From a virus (lineage: Duplodnaviria > Heunggongvirae > Uroviricota > Caudoviricetes), in IMG/VR virus record IMGVR_UViG_3300021400_000048, positions 184,791 to 223,464 of that record: a stretch of DNA of 38,674 bases; one strand, given 5' to 3'. Position 1 is the stretch's first letter. Each line of letters starts with the position of its first letter. Of this stretch, positions 23,119 through 32,409 are shown piece after piece. Position numbers and translations under genes: made by a program. The notes under the pieces are model-generated. The model made no database searches. It was not told where the DNA came from and worked only from the letters and a program-made list of their open reading frames with translations.

Positions 23119-23334
23119 TTATTTTAAATTCTTATAAATTAATGAGACTACTGTATTTCCTTGCGATACTACTCTGCCAAAGAAATCAGTAGTATGGTCA
23201 TATTTTTTTCTGTAAAAACCAACAATTTGTCTGCTTGACCAAATTCTTGCAATTTGATCCCCATTTGGACAAGTTTCAATAATACCTAAAAAATGTCCAT
23301 AAAAATCTTTAATAATCTCTTCTTTATTTGCCAT
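23119..23334 (-). CDS. Hypothetical protein (71 aa)
   Basis: ORF translationally coupled (TAATG overlap) to the upstream gene. Confidence 0.7.
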   Translation of the reverse strand: MANKEEIIKDFYGHFLGIIETCPNGDQIARIWSSRQIVGFYRKKYDHTTDFFGRVVSQGNTVVSLIYKNLK

Positions 23335-24062
23335 TATTTTTTCTTCCCTTTTAAAAAATTATTAAACATTGCTTTATTTTGTGCTTTAATATATTTATTT
23401 TGTTGTTCACGAACTTTACGGTCATCTTCTATAACTTGTGTTCTTCCATTAATAACATCTTCAGTAAATTTTAATTTTTTATAAATGTCTTGGTCAGCTT
23501 CAGAAATTGCGTCAGTTAATGCTTTAGTTTTTGCTTTAACAAATTCTTTATAAACATCAACAACTTGATTAAATTCATCATCTGTTAAATCCCAAAGTGA
23601 CCCATCTTCTTCAATATCTGAAACTAGACCTAATTCATTTGGTAAAATTCCATCTAATAATTGGCATTGTTGATCAAATAATCTTGCAACTGTTTTTAAG
23701 AATTTATTGTCTTCATACTTAAATTCATCATTGTAATAAACAGCTCTAATTTCTTCTGGTCTTGCAATTAAAATTTCTTTGCCAGGTAATGAATTAAATG
23801 TTTCTGGACCAATAATACTGCCAGTCTTTTTAGTAATAATTGGATTAATAAATACTTTAATTTGGTCTGCAAATCTAATACAGAAAATACGTTTATTAAT
23901 TCCAATCTGAGGCGCTGCAAGTGTAATTAATTTTTCTTCTTCCATTGTAGCCTTTAACTTTTCAACTATTTCATTGCCCTCTTCACGTTTTGTGCCAGCT
24001 TCAGTTAAAAACTCAAGAGGTTCTGCTGGTTTTTGTAATAAATTTAAATCTGTTATAATCAT
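23334..24062 (-). CDS. Peptide deformylase-like protein lacking catalytic/metal motifs
   Basis: LAAPQIG and VFINPII retained, but EGCLS is ETFNS and QHExDHLDG is DQQCQLLDG. Confidence 0.8.
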   Translation of the reverse strand: MIITDLNLLQKPAEPLEFLTEAGTKREEGNEIVEKLKATMEEEKLITLAAPQIGINKRIFCIRFADQIKVFINPIITKKTGSIIGPETFNSLPGKEILIARPEEIRAVYYNDEFKYEDNKFLKTVARLFDQQCQLLDGILPNELGLVSDIEEDGSLWDLTDDEFNQVVDVYKEFVKAKTKALTDAISEADQDIYKKLKFTEDVINGRTQVIEDDRKVREQQNKYIKAQNKAMFNNFLKGKKK

Positions 24063-24081
24063 ATAATCAGCTCCTTACTAT

Positions 24082-24092
24082 TAATTTAGCAA
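24082..24092 (-). promoter_or_regulatory. Putative late promoter TTGCTAAATTA (copy 5)
   Basis: Repeated intergenic 11-mer immediately upstream of the AAGGAG RBS of the PDF-like gene. Confidence 0.55.
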
Positions 24093-24131
24093 ATTATTTT
24101 TTTAATATTTTAATAATTTAATAAAATAAAA

Positions 24132-24158
24132 AAATAAACAGCTTAGTGCTGTCTATTT
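24132..24158 (-). terminator. Intrinsic terminator
   Basis: AAATAGACAGC-ACTAA-GCTGTTTATTT plus T-run. Confidence 0.6.
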
Positions 24159-24509
24159 TTGTAATTCTGAAATTTTATTTTTCATAGATGTGATAGCATT
24201 TTCATTCTCTTTTAAGACAGCTTCACCATCATTATTATGCTTATTTAGTCTATTTAGTAGCTTTTGTTGCTGTACAGTATACTTTGCCTTCTTATTTTTA
24301 CGATTTGGCAAACTTAATAGATAAAAAATATATTCAATACGTTCTTTATTTTGCTCAATATTTCTAAGCTCTTCTTTTAAGTCAGCTACTTGGTCTTCGG
24401 TTACAAAACCATCTGCTAAGCCTTTTGCAAAATCTGTTAAATCATCTTTGGCTGTAATATATTGGTCTAAAATAGTATAATAATAGTCTTGTAAATCTCT
24501 TATTGCCAT
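24153..24509 (-). CDS. Hypothetical protein (118 aa, helical)
   Basis: ORF with AGGAG RBS. Confidence 0.72.
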   Translation of the reverse strand: MAIRDLQDYYYTILDQYITAKDDLTDFAKGLADGFVTEDQVADLKEELRNIEQNKERIEYIFYLLSLPNRKNKKAKYTVQQQKLLNRLNKHNNDGEAVLKENENAITSMKNKISELQK

Positions 24510-24517
24510 AATAACTC

Positions 24518-24889
24518 CTATAAGTTTTCAAACATTGTAATAATGTCAGGAAAATTGTCTAAACCTTCTTCAGTAGCTATTTCATAAGCTTCTTCTACAC
24601 CATTTCCATTTAAAAAAATATTAATTTCTTTTTTAATCCTTTTTTCATTATATTTAAATTGTTTGGCTTCTACTTTAAAACCATTAATTAATAATGCAAA
24701 ATCTGGTGTAATAGGGCCAATAGTTAAAGTTGTAGTAGTTCCAGCAATTGTTCTAATAAACATATAAAAATCTGCTGGACCAATATCTTTAACATCGCCT
24801 GTTGCTTTTATACAAGTGTTACCTTGATCTTCAACTTCTAATGTTTGAGTAAAAGTTCTTTCAACTGCATATTCTACAATTAAGCTCAT
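24518..24889 (-). CDS. Hypothetical protein (123 aa)
   Basis: ORF coupled to upstream gene. Confidence 0.72.
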   Translation of the reverse strand: MSLIVEYAVERTFTQTLEVEDQGNTCIKATGDVKDIGPADFYMFIRTIAGTTTTLTIGPITPDFALLINGFKVEAKQFKYNEKRIKKEINIFLNGNGVEEAYEIATEEGLDNFPDIITMFENL

Positions 24890-25185
24890 TATTTTTCCCC
24901 AATTTTAATATAGTATTTATCATTATTAAAATCAGCTATTAAGAAAATATTATAAGTAATATTATCTAGGTCTAATTCAAAATAATTAATAGCTTTAGTT
25001 GTTGTTCCATTTGTATTAGTTTCAAAGTTTGGATACTCTGTATTAATTGCTGCATCCTCTAATTGTGTGTAGGCTTTTGCATAATCATTGCTATCATCTA
25101 AATAAACAATATAAAAATGATTTTCATAATTTCCTGTCTTATCAATCTTTAATTTTTTAAGAACTTCTTTAATTTTATTTGTCAT
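24889..25185 (-). CDS. Hypothetical protein (98 aa)
   Basis: ORF overlapping its neighbours in an operon. Confidence 0.7.
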   Translation of the reverse strand: MTNKIKEVLKKLKIDKTGNYENHFYIVYLDDSNDYAKAYTQLEDAAINTEYPNFETNTNGTTTKAINYFELDLDNITYNIFLIADFNNDKYYIKIGEK

Positions 25186-25735
25186 TTTTATCTTCCTCTT
25201 CTTCTACAACAGGTGTTGTATAAATTGGTGCAGTTCCTTGTCCTTGTTGAGGCAGAATACCTTGTAAAATACTATTAACTGCAGCCATTACACGTTCTCT
25301 AGATTCTTTTGTTTGCGGTTGTGCACCGGAAAAATCATTATTTTGTTGATTAATTTGAATAAGCGGCTTTTCATCTGCTCCCATAACCTGCCTACGAGAC
25401 TTTTCAATAATATCTTGAATAGTTTTTAAACCAAGAAATAATTCTTGATTTGATATTTCATCTGGACGTTCTTGATATCTTTTAATTGCTTGATCAGTTA
25501 ATGTATCCATTAATTGGCTTAGCTTGTCAACTCTAACCATTGTTTTTTTATCTTGATTTATATTAAATAAATGAGTTAAATCTCTAGTTTTTTCAATGTC
25601 AGTTTCAACAATTAATTTATTTAAAAGATCCTTAGATTCTGTATCAAGCTCAATCATTCTTAAGGCAGGCACACCTGCTGTCGACTCTTGTTGAACTGCT
25701 TGGTTATCAAGTTCTTTTAATTCATCATTAGCCAT
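25175..25735 (-). CDS. Hypothetical helical protein (weak candidate small terminase)
   Basis: ATG 25735 after GAGG; helical core followed by IQINQQNN. The function call is weak. Confidence 0.65.
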   Translation of the reverse strand: MANDELKELDNQAVQQESTAGVPALRMIELDTESKDLLNKLIVETDIEKTRDLTHLFNINQDKKTMVRVDKLSQLMDTLTDQAIKRYQERPDEISNQELFLGLKTIQDIIEKSRRQVMGADEKPLIQINQQNNDFSGAQPQTKESRERVMAAVNSILQGILPQQGQGTAPIYTTPVVEEEEDKNDK

Positions 25736-25736
25736 A

Positions 25737-26066
25737 TTAGAATACCTCATCATAAACTTTTATTAACTTATCTACTATAGCTTGTTCAAGAGCCTCCTCA
25801 AGTGGGTCAATTTTATTATTAATACATTTTTTAATTGTTGTTTTTAATTCTTGACTTGGTATAAACTTACATTGCCCATCAGCTAAATTTACACTTAATG
25901 TGCCTAGTCCGATATTTAGTACTGCTATATCTTCTTTAGCTTCTAATGCATCATGAATTGCACTACCTATACAAAGAATTTCTTTTGTATTAACTGCATT
26001 TAAAACTTTGATAGGAATTTTTGTTGCAGAACTTATATCAGTAATTATATTTGATTGTAATGCCAT
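25737..26066 (-). CDS. Hypothetical protein (109 aa)
   Basis: ORF with AGGAG RBS. Confidence 0.72.
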   Translation of the reverse strand: MALQSNIITDISSATKIPIKVLNAVNTKEILCIGSAIHDALEAKEDIAVLNIGLGTLSVNLADGQCKFIPSQELKTTIKKCINNKIDPLEEALEQAIVDKLIKVYDEVF

Positions 26067-26076
26067 ATATTTTCTC

Positions 26077-26292
26077 CTAATCTATCTTTTTTAAAATGTC
26101 CATTGGATCTTTGCCATTTAAATTTCAGACATGTTTTTCAAGTTCTTTAATATATTTTTTTAAAGACTCATCTAATTTATGTTGAATACAGTGTGCCATT
26201 ATGTCAGATTGAGCATATTTATTAGCAAATATTTCTTTTATAAACAGCACTCTTGTTTCAAAAGTTCGAGAAGCTTCATCAAATTTACTCAT
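26077..26292 (-). CDS. Hypothetical protein (71 aa; 1 TGA=Trp)
   Basis: MSKFDEASRTFETRVLFIKEIF...KHVWNLNGKDPMDILKKID fills the gap between flanking genes; TAG stop. Confidence 0.65.
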
Positions 26293-26683
26293 GCTTCATA
26301 TTACTCCTATCAATATTATAATCTGCTAAGATAGGCAGTATTTTTAAATATAATTCAGTAATTTTATCACGTTGTTTTGGTGTAATATTTTCTAATTTAG
26401 CTTGTGCTTCTATAAATGAATTATGCTCAATATTTACATATTGATATAACAATAAAGCATTTGATAATACTACCATTTCAGATTCAGTTGGAAATTTAAC
26501 AGTTTTTCCGGCAAAATAAGTTAATATACGTGTTAAATTACTTCCATCACATAAATAACATAATTCACTTAATACTGCATAATCTGGAATTTCCTGTACT
26601 TTATAAAGAATAAATAACATTAAAGAATAAATATCAGATAAATGTAAAGAATTTACACTATCTTTAATACTAGTCGTCTTCAT
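26285..26683 (-). CDS. Hypothetical protein, possible Mor-like transcription regulator
   Basis: GGAGG RBS before ATG 26683; LSELCYLCDGSNLTRILTYFAGKTVKFPT resembles the Mor-family L.E.......L...FGG..(I/V)Y(I/F)P motif. Confidence 0.6.
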   Translation of the reverse strand: MKTTSIKDSVNSLHLSDIYSLMLFILYKVQEIPDYAVLSELCYLCDGSNLTRILTYFAGKTVKFPTESEMVVLSNALLLYQYVNIEHNSFIEAQAKLENITPKQRDKITELYLKILPILADYNIDRSNMKHE

Positions 26684-27494
26684 AGTCCTCCTTATATAAT
26701 CCGTCTGGTGAAGCAATCATTTTTTCTAATATAGCATCACTCAAATTATTTTCTTTATAACATTCTATTAAGTTTTCTTTAAATGTTGTATACAGCTCGG
26801 TTAATAAAATTTTAACATAACCAATTAATGACTTTGGTAATTTTCAAAGTAATACTGTTACTGGATTTCATTCAATGGCACCAGTTGTATTTAAGCCATG
26901 TAAGAAGTTTAATAAAAGTGTTATTTTTAGCTTTTTTCATTCCGGCTGATTTTTATGAAATGGTGAACCAGCCAATGTTTGATCAATATATTTTGGAATA
27001 CTGTGTAAAACATCAGCAACAGCTACTTGCAACATTACACTTGTTTGCGACTGTGCTGCTTGCTCCTTTAAAGTTTCTTTAAAAGCATAAGCATCAAATT
27101 GTTTACTAGTAAATTCTTCAGAAATTACTTGGGCAAAAGTTTCACGCATATATTCAACTTTCATTGGATATAATAAAGCTTTTGTATAATTCAAGCAAGA
27201 TTTGATAGGACTAATAACTTTACCTTTAATGGTCTTACCTTGATTTTGATAATTTTTTTGAATTGCTGTAAATAATCTTTGCGCAGCATATAAAGCATAA
27301 CCATCATAATCTTCAAAATTTTGGAACATACGTTTTTTAATACTTAGAGCTTTTGTCAATAGGTATAAATAATTATAAACAGTGTCCTCAATATCTGGGT
27401 ATTCTCCTGGGTGTTCACCAATTTTCGGGATATTCTCATCTATTCATATACACATATCAGTATAACGCATATCTGCGGGTTTTCTTCAAAGCAT
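26670..27494 (-). CDS. Hypothetical protein, possible T4 gp55-like late sigma factor (274 aa; 5 TGA=Trp)
   Basis: AGGAG RBS, ATG 27494, TAG 26670. YLLTKALSIKKRMF...ALYAAQRLF...KSCLNYTKALLY loosely follows the sigma region-2 pattern; adjacent to gp46/47 homologues. The CDS is solid, the function tentative. Confidence 0.6.
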
Positions 27495-27505
27495 AATTAA
27501 TTCTC

Positions 27506-29422
27506 CTAAATTACAAATACTTCACTGATACCATCAGAATTTTTAACTACTTTTAATTCAGAATCATAGCTTAACTCTAATTCGTCAGCATGATGTGAAA
27601 TAATAAAGACTGATTCAATATCACAAAGTTTTGTTGTTATTAAATTTAAAATATTTTCTGTAGCAACTTTATCTAAGTTATCAAAAATTTCATCAAGTAC
27701 TAAAATATTAGAGCTATAATTTGATTGAGTACTTAATAAGTCACGTAAGGCAAATTGAACAATTAAGTCTACTCTTTGCCTTTCACCACCTGATAAGTTA
27801 TCTAATAACTTATTACAATAAGAAATATTTAAATCATTTCCATCTAAATAAATTTCTAATTCATCAGTACCAAATACTACTTGACTATACTCTTTTGCTT
27901 TTTTGTTTAAATAAGCTATAATATTTACTAATAAATATCCACGAAAATCACGTTTAGCTAAAGCATCCATTTTTCTAATAATATCTAAATGATCACTTAA
28001 TATAGTACGTTGATCTGTATTACTAGTTATTATTTTATTTAAACGTTTAACTTCAGTTTCAAGAGCACCTTTTGTATTTTTTAAGTTATTAAAAGTTTGC
28101 TCTTCGTGTTCTTTTTCATATGTTAATTTTGCAAGGCCAGTATTTAGCTTTTGCAATTTAGTATTTAAAGTTAATTGTTCTGTTTGCAACTCAAACCCAT
28201 AATTTTTTAAAGTTGCTTGTTGAGACTTAATACTATTAATTGCATCATCATATTTATTATTAACAGTTTGCTTTTCAACATCTAATTTTTCTTGCAAAGT
28301 AGTCGTATCTGCCTGAACTTTATTAAGACTTTCTGTTAAAGTTATTTTTTCATTGTACTTTTTTTGTAATTGCTCTTCTTGTGCTGCTGTACTTGGTTTT
28401 TCTTTACCAGGAATTTTTTGGCCACAAGTTGGACAAATATCAGTAATAGCTTTTAATCGCTTAATTTCATTTTGCAATGCTGTACACTCACCAGTAATAG
28501 AATTTATATCAAGCAATATTTTTTGTTTTTCTGCAGCTTTATTATTTAAGCCTTCATTAAATCTATTAGTTACAGCTATAATTTCAGAACTTCTATTATT
28601 AGTAAAATTTAATAAATCATTGTTAGCTTGTTCTAAATAGCTATCATTTGTTTTAATTTTATCATTTATTTCATTTAGCTTATTTTGACAACTTATTATT
28701 TCATTATTTGTATCTAAGATTAATTTATCATAATCTGGACAAACACGTTGCTCTAATTGTTTTACTATACTACTAAGCTGAGCTTGGGCTGTAGATAATT
28801 GTGTATTTGCAACTAATAAAGCATCATCGACTGTTCTAATTTGACCTAAAATAATGTCTTGCCTTGCAGATATTCTATTTTTAACATCTTCAATCATAAA
28901 ATCTGAATTAGTTAGCTTTTCTAATAAATCTTTACGACCAGACGGCTTTAAACTTGAAAATTTTGTAGGTAGACCTTGTCCAAGAATTGCAGTTGTTGCA
29001 ATTAAATCTTTTGTTAAAGCAGGTAGTTGTTCGCCTAAGATTTTTTCACTTTCAGTAAAAGTTTTACCACTTAAATCAACATCATTTTTAACAATAGTTA
29101 AGTTAGACTTTGGTGCAAAAGCTCTTGTTATTATATAATGATCATTATCTACAGTTATATCAACAGTAGTATAACCCGTATTATCATCTGTAATATTAAG
29201 ATTTTTTAAATTCTTTTTTAATCCTTGAATTGTTTCACCTGTTATTGTGTAGCATAATGCTGACCATAAAAAAGATTTTCCTGAGCCATTAGATAAAGCA
29301 TTATCTTTTTTATATTTGTTTTCACCAATTACTGAGCAAAAACCTTTGTCTTTTAAATCAACTTCAGCATGATTATAGCTACCAAAATTATGCAAAATAA
29401 CTTTATTTCATAAAACATTCAT
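27506..29422 (-). CDS. SbcC/Rad50/T4 gp46-like recombination ATPase (638 aa; TGA=Trp at codon 5)
   Basis: MNVLWNKVILHNFGSY start after GGAGG; Walker A NGSGKS, zinc hook CPTCGQ, signature LSGGE, Walker B LVLDE, IISH. Confidence 0.9.
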
Positions 29423-29825
29423 CAGTTACCCACGCCTCCATATAATGTGCTATATTGTTCCATAATAATGTCCAATATAACTTTGATTTTTTTAATAAGT
29501 TAGCTACCTGCTTATCTTTTTCCTCTTGAGTTAAGTTAATATCATTTAAAATAATATCTTGCTTAAGGAAACAATTTTTATAATTAATATAATTATCTAG
29601 CACTAAAGTCAATGATAAAAACATATTATTAATAGTTTCTTGATTAACAACTAATTGTTTAGTTAATGCGACTGTATCTTGCATATATTGTAAGTACAAC
29701 ATCAGTGTCTCGAGCCCAATAACAAAATTTGGCTCCATATCTAGCATATTTTTAGTACATTTATTAAATTCTTTTTTATAATAATTATAAAGTTTTCTAC
29801 AAATTTTTTTATTATTTTTTAGCAT
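29403..29825 (-). CDS. Hypothetical protein (140 aa)
   Basis: ORF with 3 TGG Trp; possibly leaderless just downstream of a TATAAT motif. Confidence 0.68.
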   Translation of the reverse strand: MLKNNKKICRKLYNYYKKEFNKCTKNMLDMEPNFVIGLETLMLYLQYMQDTVALTKQLVVNQETINNMFLSLTLVLDNYINYKNCFLKQDIILNDINLTQEEKDKQVANLLKKSKLYWTLLWNNIAHYMEAWVTDECFMK

Positions 29826-29836
29826 ATTTTTATATT

Positions 29837-29849
29837 ATATTATACAATA
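29837..29849 (-). promoter_or_regulatory. SigA-like motif TATTGTATAAT
   Basis: Repeated intergenic motif. Confidence 0.5.
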
Positions 29850-29868
29850 TTTTTAACTTTATTTTAAT

Positions 29869-30156
29869 TTACATTTCTTGTGCTTCAACTTTAATACTTG
29901 TTGGAAATCTAAGCTTTTGCCCACATTTTACACAATAATTTATTTGCTTTGAAATTTCATTTTCGCAAGTTTCAAAAACTTGCTGCATTGTTGTTCCAGA
30001 ATTAAACTGAGCAACAACATGCCCGCAATTTGGGCATATTAACAGTGGAACTTCAATAACTCCACTGTTTTGCGGAATACCATTTATCATAACTTGCTGC
30101 GTATATTGAGTTTGAAATTGCAGATTACAGCATTTGCTTATATTGCGTTCTTCCAT
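29869..30156 (-). CDS. Double Zn-ribbon protein (95 aa)
   Basis: CPNCG and CVKCG motifs. Confidence 0.7.
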   Translation of the reverse strand: MEERNISKCCNLQFQTQYTQQVMINGIPQNSGVIEVPLLICPNCGHVVAQFNSGTTMQQVFETCENEISKQINYCVKCGQKLRFPTSIKVEAQEM

Positions 30157-30162
30157 AAATTA

Positions 30163-31191
30163 TTACTTGCAAATTTCAGCAAGCTCCTCTTCAAGTATTT
30201 GACTGTCAGTAAATTTTACTTTGCATAGTTCAATAAATTTTTCGATTGGATTTACATTTAACTCAAGTTTTTCAGCAGATTCATCTGAAGTGCTTGTAGC
30301 TTTTTGAAAAACTGTAATAATACGATAATTAACAATTCTATTAGCTTCATCGACTAAACATTGTTTTAAATCATTTACATACTTATCTAAACATTTAATA
30401 GATAAAACTGAATTATATTTAAGCTTAAAAATTTGCTCTAAATCTTGCTCAGAATTGATTTCTATCTTATAAAAATTATAAGCATATGGATTCTCAATAA
30501 AATCAATATGGCCAGAATTTGTGTCTAATATTAAAACATTATGAGAATACTTTGTAGCATCTTCTGAAAAGTTAAAACCAGTTAAATTTCCAATATTTAA
30601 AATTCGATCTTTTTTAACCCAAGTTCCATTATGTAAATGTCCATTAATAAACAAATTACATTTATTTAATATTTCTTCTTGTTCAAAACCAAGTGTTGTA
30701 ATAACTGGCCCCATTTGAATTCCAGCAATAGTATTGTGTGATAATACAATATCTGCATGACCTGTAAATAGCTCTTCAAGAGTTACTTTTGTCAGTTCAG
30801 AAAAATATGGAACAAATACAATGCTTTTGCCTTCAATATTTTTAATTTCTACTCTATTAATAATTTCAAAATTTGGTTTTTCTAATACTTTAACTGAGTT
30901 GTAACATAAATCACCTTGACCAGATTCATGATTACCAACAATAAATCTGTGTGGCAATGAATTCCATTGAATATCTTTTAAAGCAGTAATTTCTTCTTCA
31001 TATAAGTCAGGCTTATTAAAAAAATCACCTAAGCACCACACTTCACTACAACCTTTTTCTAAAGCAACTTTTTCAAGCCAATTAATAGATTTAATTTGAT
31101 TCTCTAAGCGCTCAAAATACTTATTACCACGCCTATTTAAAATAGAACCAACTTTACAAAAGTGATTATCTGAGAATAATAAAACTTTCAT
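30163..31191 (-). CDS. SbcD/Mre11/T4 gp47-like nuclease (calcineurin-like phosphoesterase)
   Basis: SDNH, GDFF, GNHE, SH and GHLH motifs; near its SbcC partner. Confidence 0.88.
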   Translation of the reverse strand: MKVLLFSDNHFCKVGSILNRRGNKYFERLENQIKSINWLEKVALEKGCSEVWCLGDFFNKPDLYEEEITALKDIQWNSLPHRFIVGNHESGQGDLCYNSVKVLEKPNFEIINRVEIKNIEGKSIVFVPYFSELTKVTLEELFTGHADIVLSHNTIAGIQMGPVITTLGFEQEEILNKCNLFINGHLHNGTWVKKDRILNIGNLTGFNFSEDATKYSHNVLILDTNSGHIDFIENPYAYNFYKIEINSEQDLEQIFKLKYNSVLSIKCLDKYVNDLKQCLVDEANRIVNYRIITVFQKATSTSDESAEKLELNVNPIEKFIELCKVKFTDSQILEEELAEICK

Positions 31192-31200
31192 TTTATCTCC

Positions 31201-31773
31201 TTAATTTATAACATAATTAACAACATCAGTGGCCATTTGAGTTAGATTTACAAGTGGAAAATCTACTTTAATTTTATGACAATCTATCATATTTTGGTCA
31301 CTTGAATAAATAATTGCCAATGCTTGCTCATCTGTTAAATTAAAAAACAATTTTGCACGCATATAAGAGCTTAGCCCAACTGAGCCAAAAGAAACTCTAT
31401 TTTCTCTGACTCTATATGCACCTTGAGTTTCCCAAGTATTTGTTTGTTCATTTTTAACATTTCTTGTAAAATATTCATATAGTTCTGCTTTATAAAGGTT
31501 ACTTAATAGACCTACTAAAATAATATCAGCATCTTTATAACGGCCAGGATAATAAGCACCACATAAATTTTTTAGCTCGTAATATAAATTTAAGCTATAT
31601 TCACATAAACCACCTGCATAACAACCACCAAAAGTTGATTGAGCTGTAGCTGGCTGCTCATAAAAATTAACCTCATCTAAGTATTTAGCAAAGTTAGTTA
31701 AATCAATATTTAATGTAGATAATAAACTAAAAAATTCACATTTATTTTTGTATATCTGTTCTTGTGTTAGCAT
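31201..31773 (-). CDS. HD-domain (YhaM-like) homologue with degenerate active site
   Basis: PA...GCYAGGLCEYSLNLY and GLLSNLYK correspond to the usual HHAY.GGL.EHS and LLHD.GK, but the His/Asp ligands are replaced. Confidence 0.7.
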   Translation of the reverse strand: MLTQEQIYKNKCEFFSLLSTLNIDLTNFAKYLDEVNFYEQPATAQSTFGGCYAGGLCEYSLNLYYELKNLCGAYYPGRYKDADIILVGLLSNLYKAELYEYFTRNVKNEQTNTWETQGAYRVRENRVSFGSVGLSSYMRAKLFFNLTDEQALAIIYSSDQNMIDCHKIKVDFPLVNLTQMATDVVNYVIN

Positions 31774-32407
31774 TTAATCTTGTCCTCCTATCTAAAGCCC
31801 ACATTTGTCTATAATTTGGAATATTTGTATCAATATGAGCTTTACCATCAGCATCATAAATTCTGTATGTTGGAATATCTTTTACTTTTAATCTATGTTG
31901 TGTTCTAAATTTATATTTTTGGGCAGTAGTTATATTTAATTCATTTAAGCTTTTATTGAAGCAGTCACTACAAACATAGCCCATCCAACCACCTATACGT
32001 TTATAACGAGCAGGTTTGCCGCAATCTTCACAATAGCAAATTGATAATTTTTCATAATATCTTAATACTTCATCTACTTTTTGAGAAGTGCCACTACCAT
32101 CTAAAACTAAAGCACCCCACTTTTCTTTAATATCGAAAAAATAGAATGTCCTTAATAATTTTTCTTCCTTTAAAACTTTTCTTAGATCTTTTGTTAATTG
32201 CTTACCAAATGCTTTTTTCCAGCCAGGTGAAATTAAATTTTCTTCTGAAGAAGTCCAACATTTTTTACCTGTCCAAACATTTTTTGGTTGCCAAAATGGA
32301 TATTTCATAAAATAAAAGAAATAATAAATTGCTCTAAATGGAAGCCATATTGTATGCTTAAAAAAATATTTTAATTTAAAATATTTCAATTTAGTTTCTA
32401 ACTTCAT
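31742..32407 (-). CDS. Phage hypothetical protein with Zn ribbon
   Basis: IKEKWGAL...SICYCEDCGKP...CSDC; 8 Trp, all TGG. Confidence 0.75.
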   Translation of the reverse strand: MKLETKLKYFKLKYFFKHTIWLPFRAIYYFFYFMKYPFWQPKNVWTGKKCWTSSEENLISPGWKKAFGKQLTKDLRKVLKEEKLLRTFYFFDIKEKWGALVLDGSGTSQKVDEVLRYYEKLSICYCEDCGKPARYKRIGGWMGYVCSDCFNKSLNELNITTAQKYKFRTQHRLKVKDIPTYRIYDADGKAHIDTNIPNYRQMWALDRRTRLNANTRTDIQK

Positions 32408-32409
32408 AG

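Noticed and set aside
1-29422. Mass pseudogenisation or sequencing errors explaining the fragmented ORFs
   Set aside because: Every interruption is an in-frame TGA, with no frameshifts or internal TAA/TAG, and catalytic motifs are intact.
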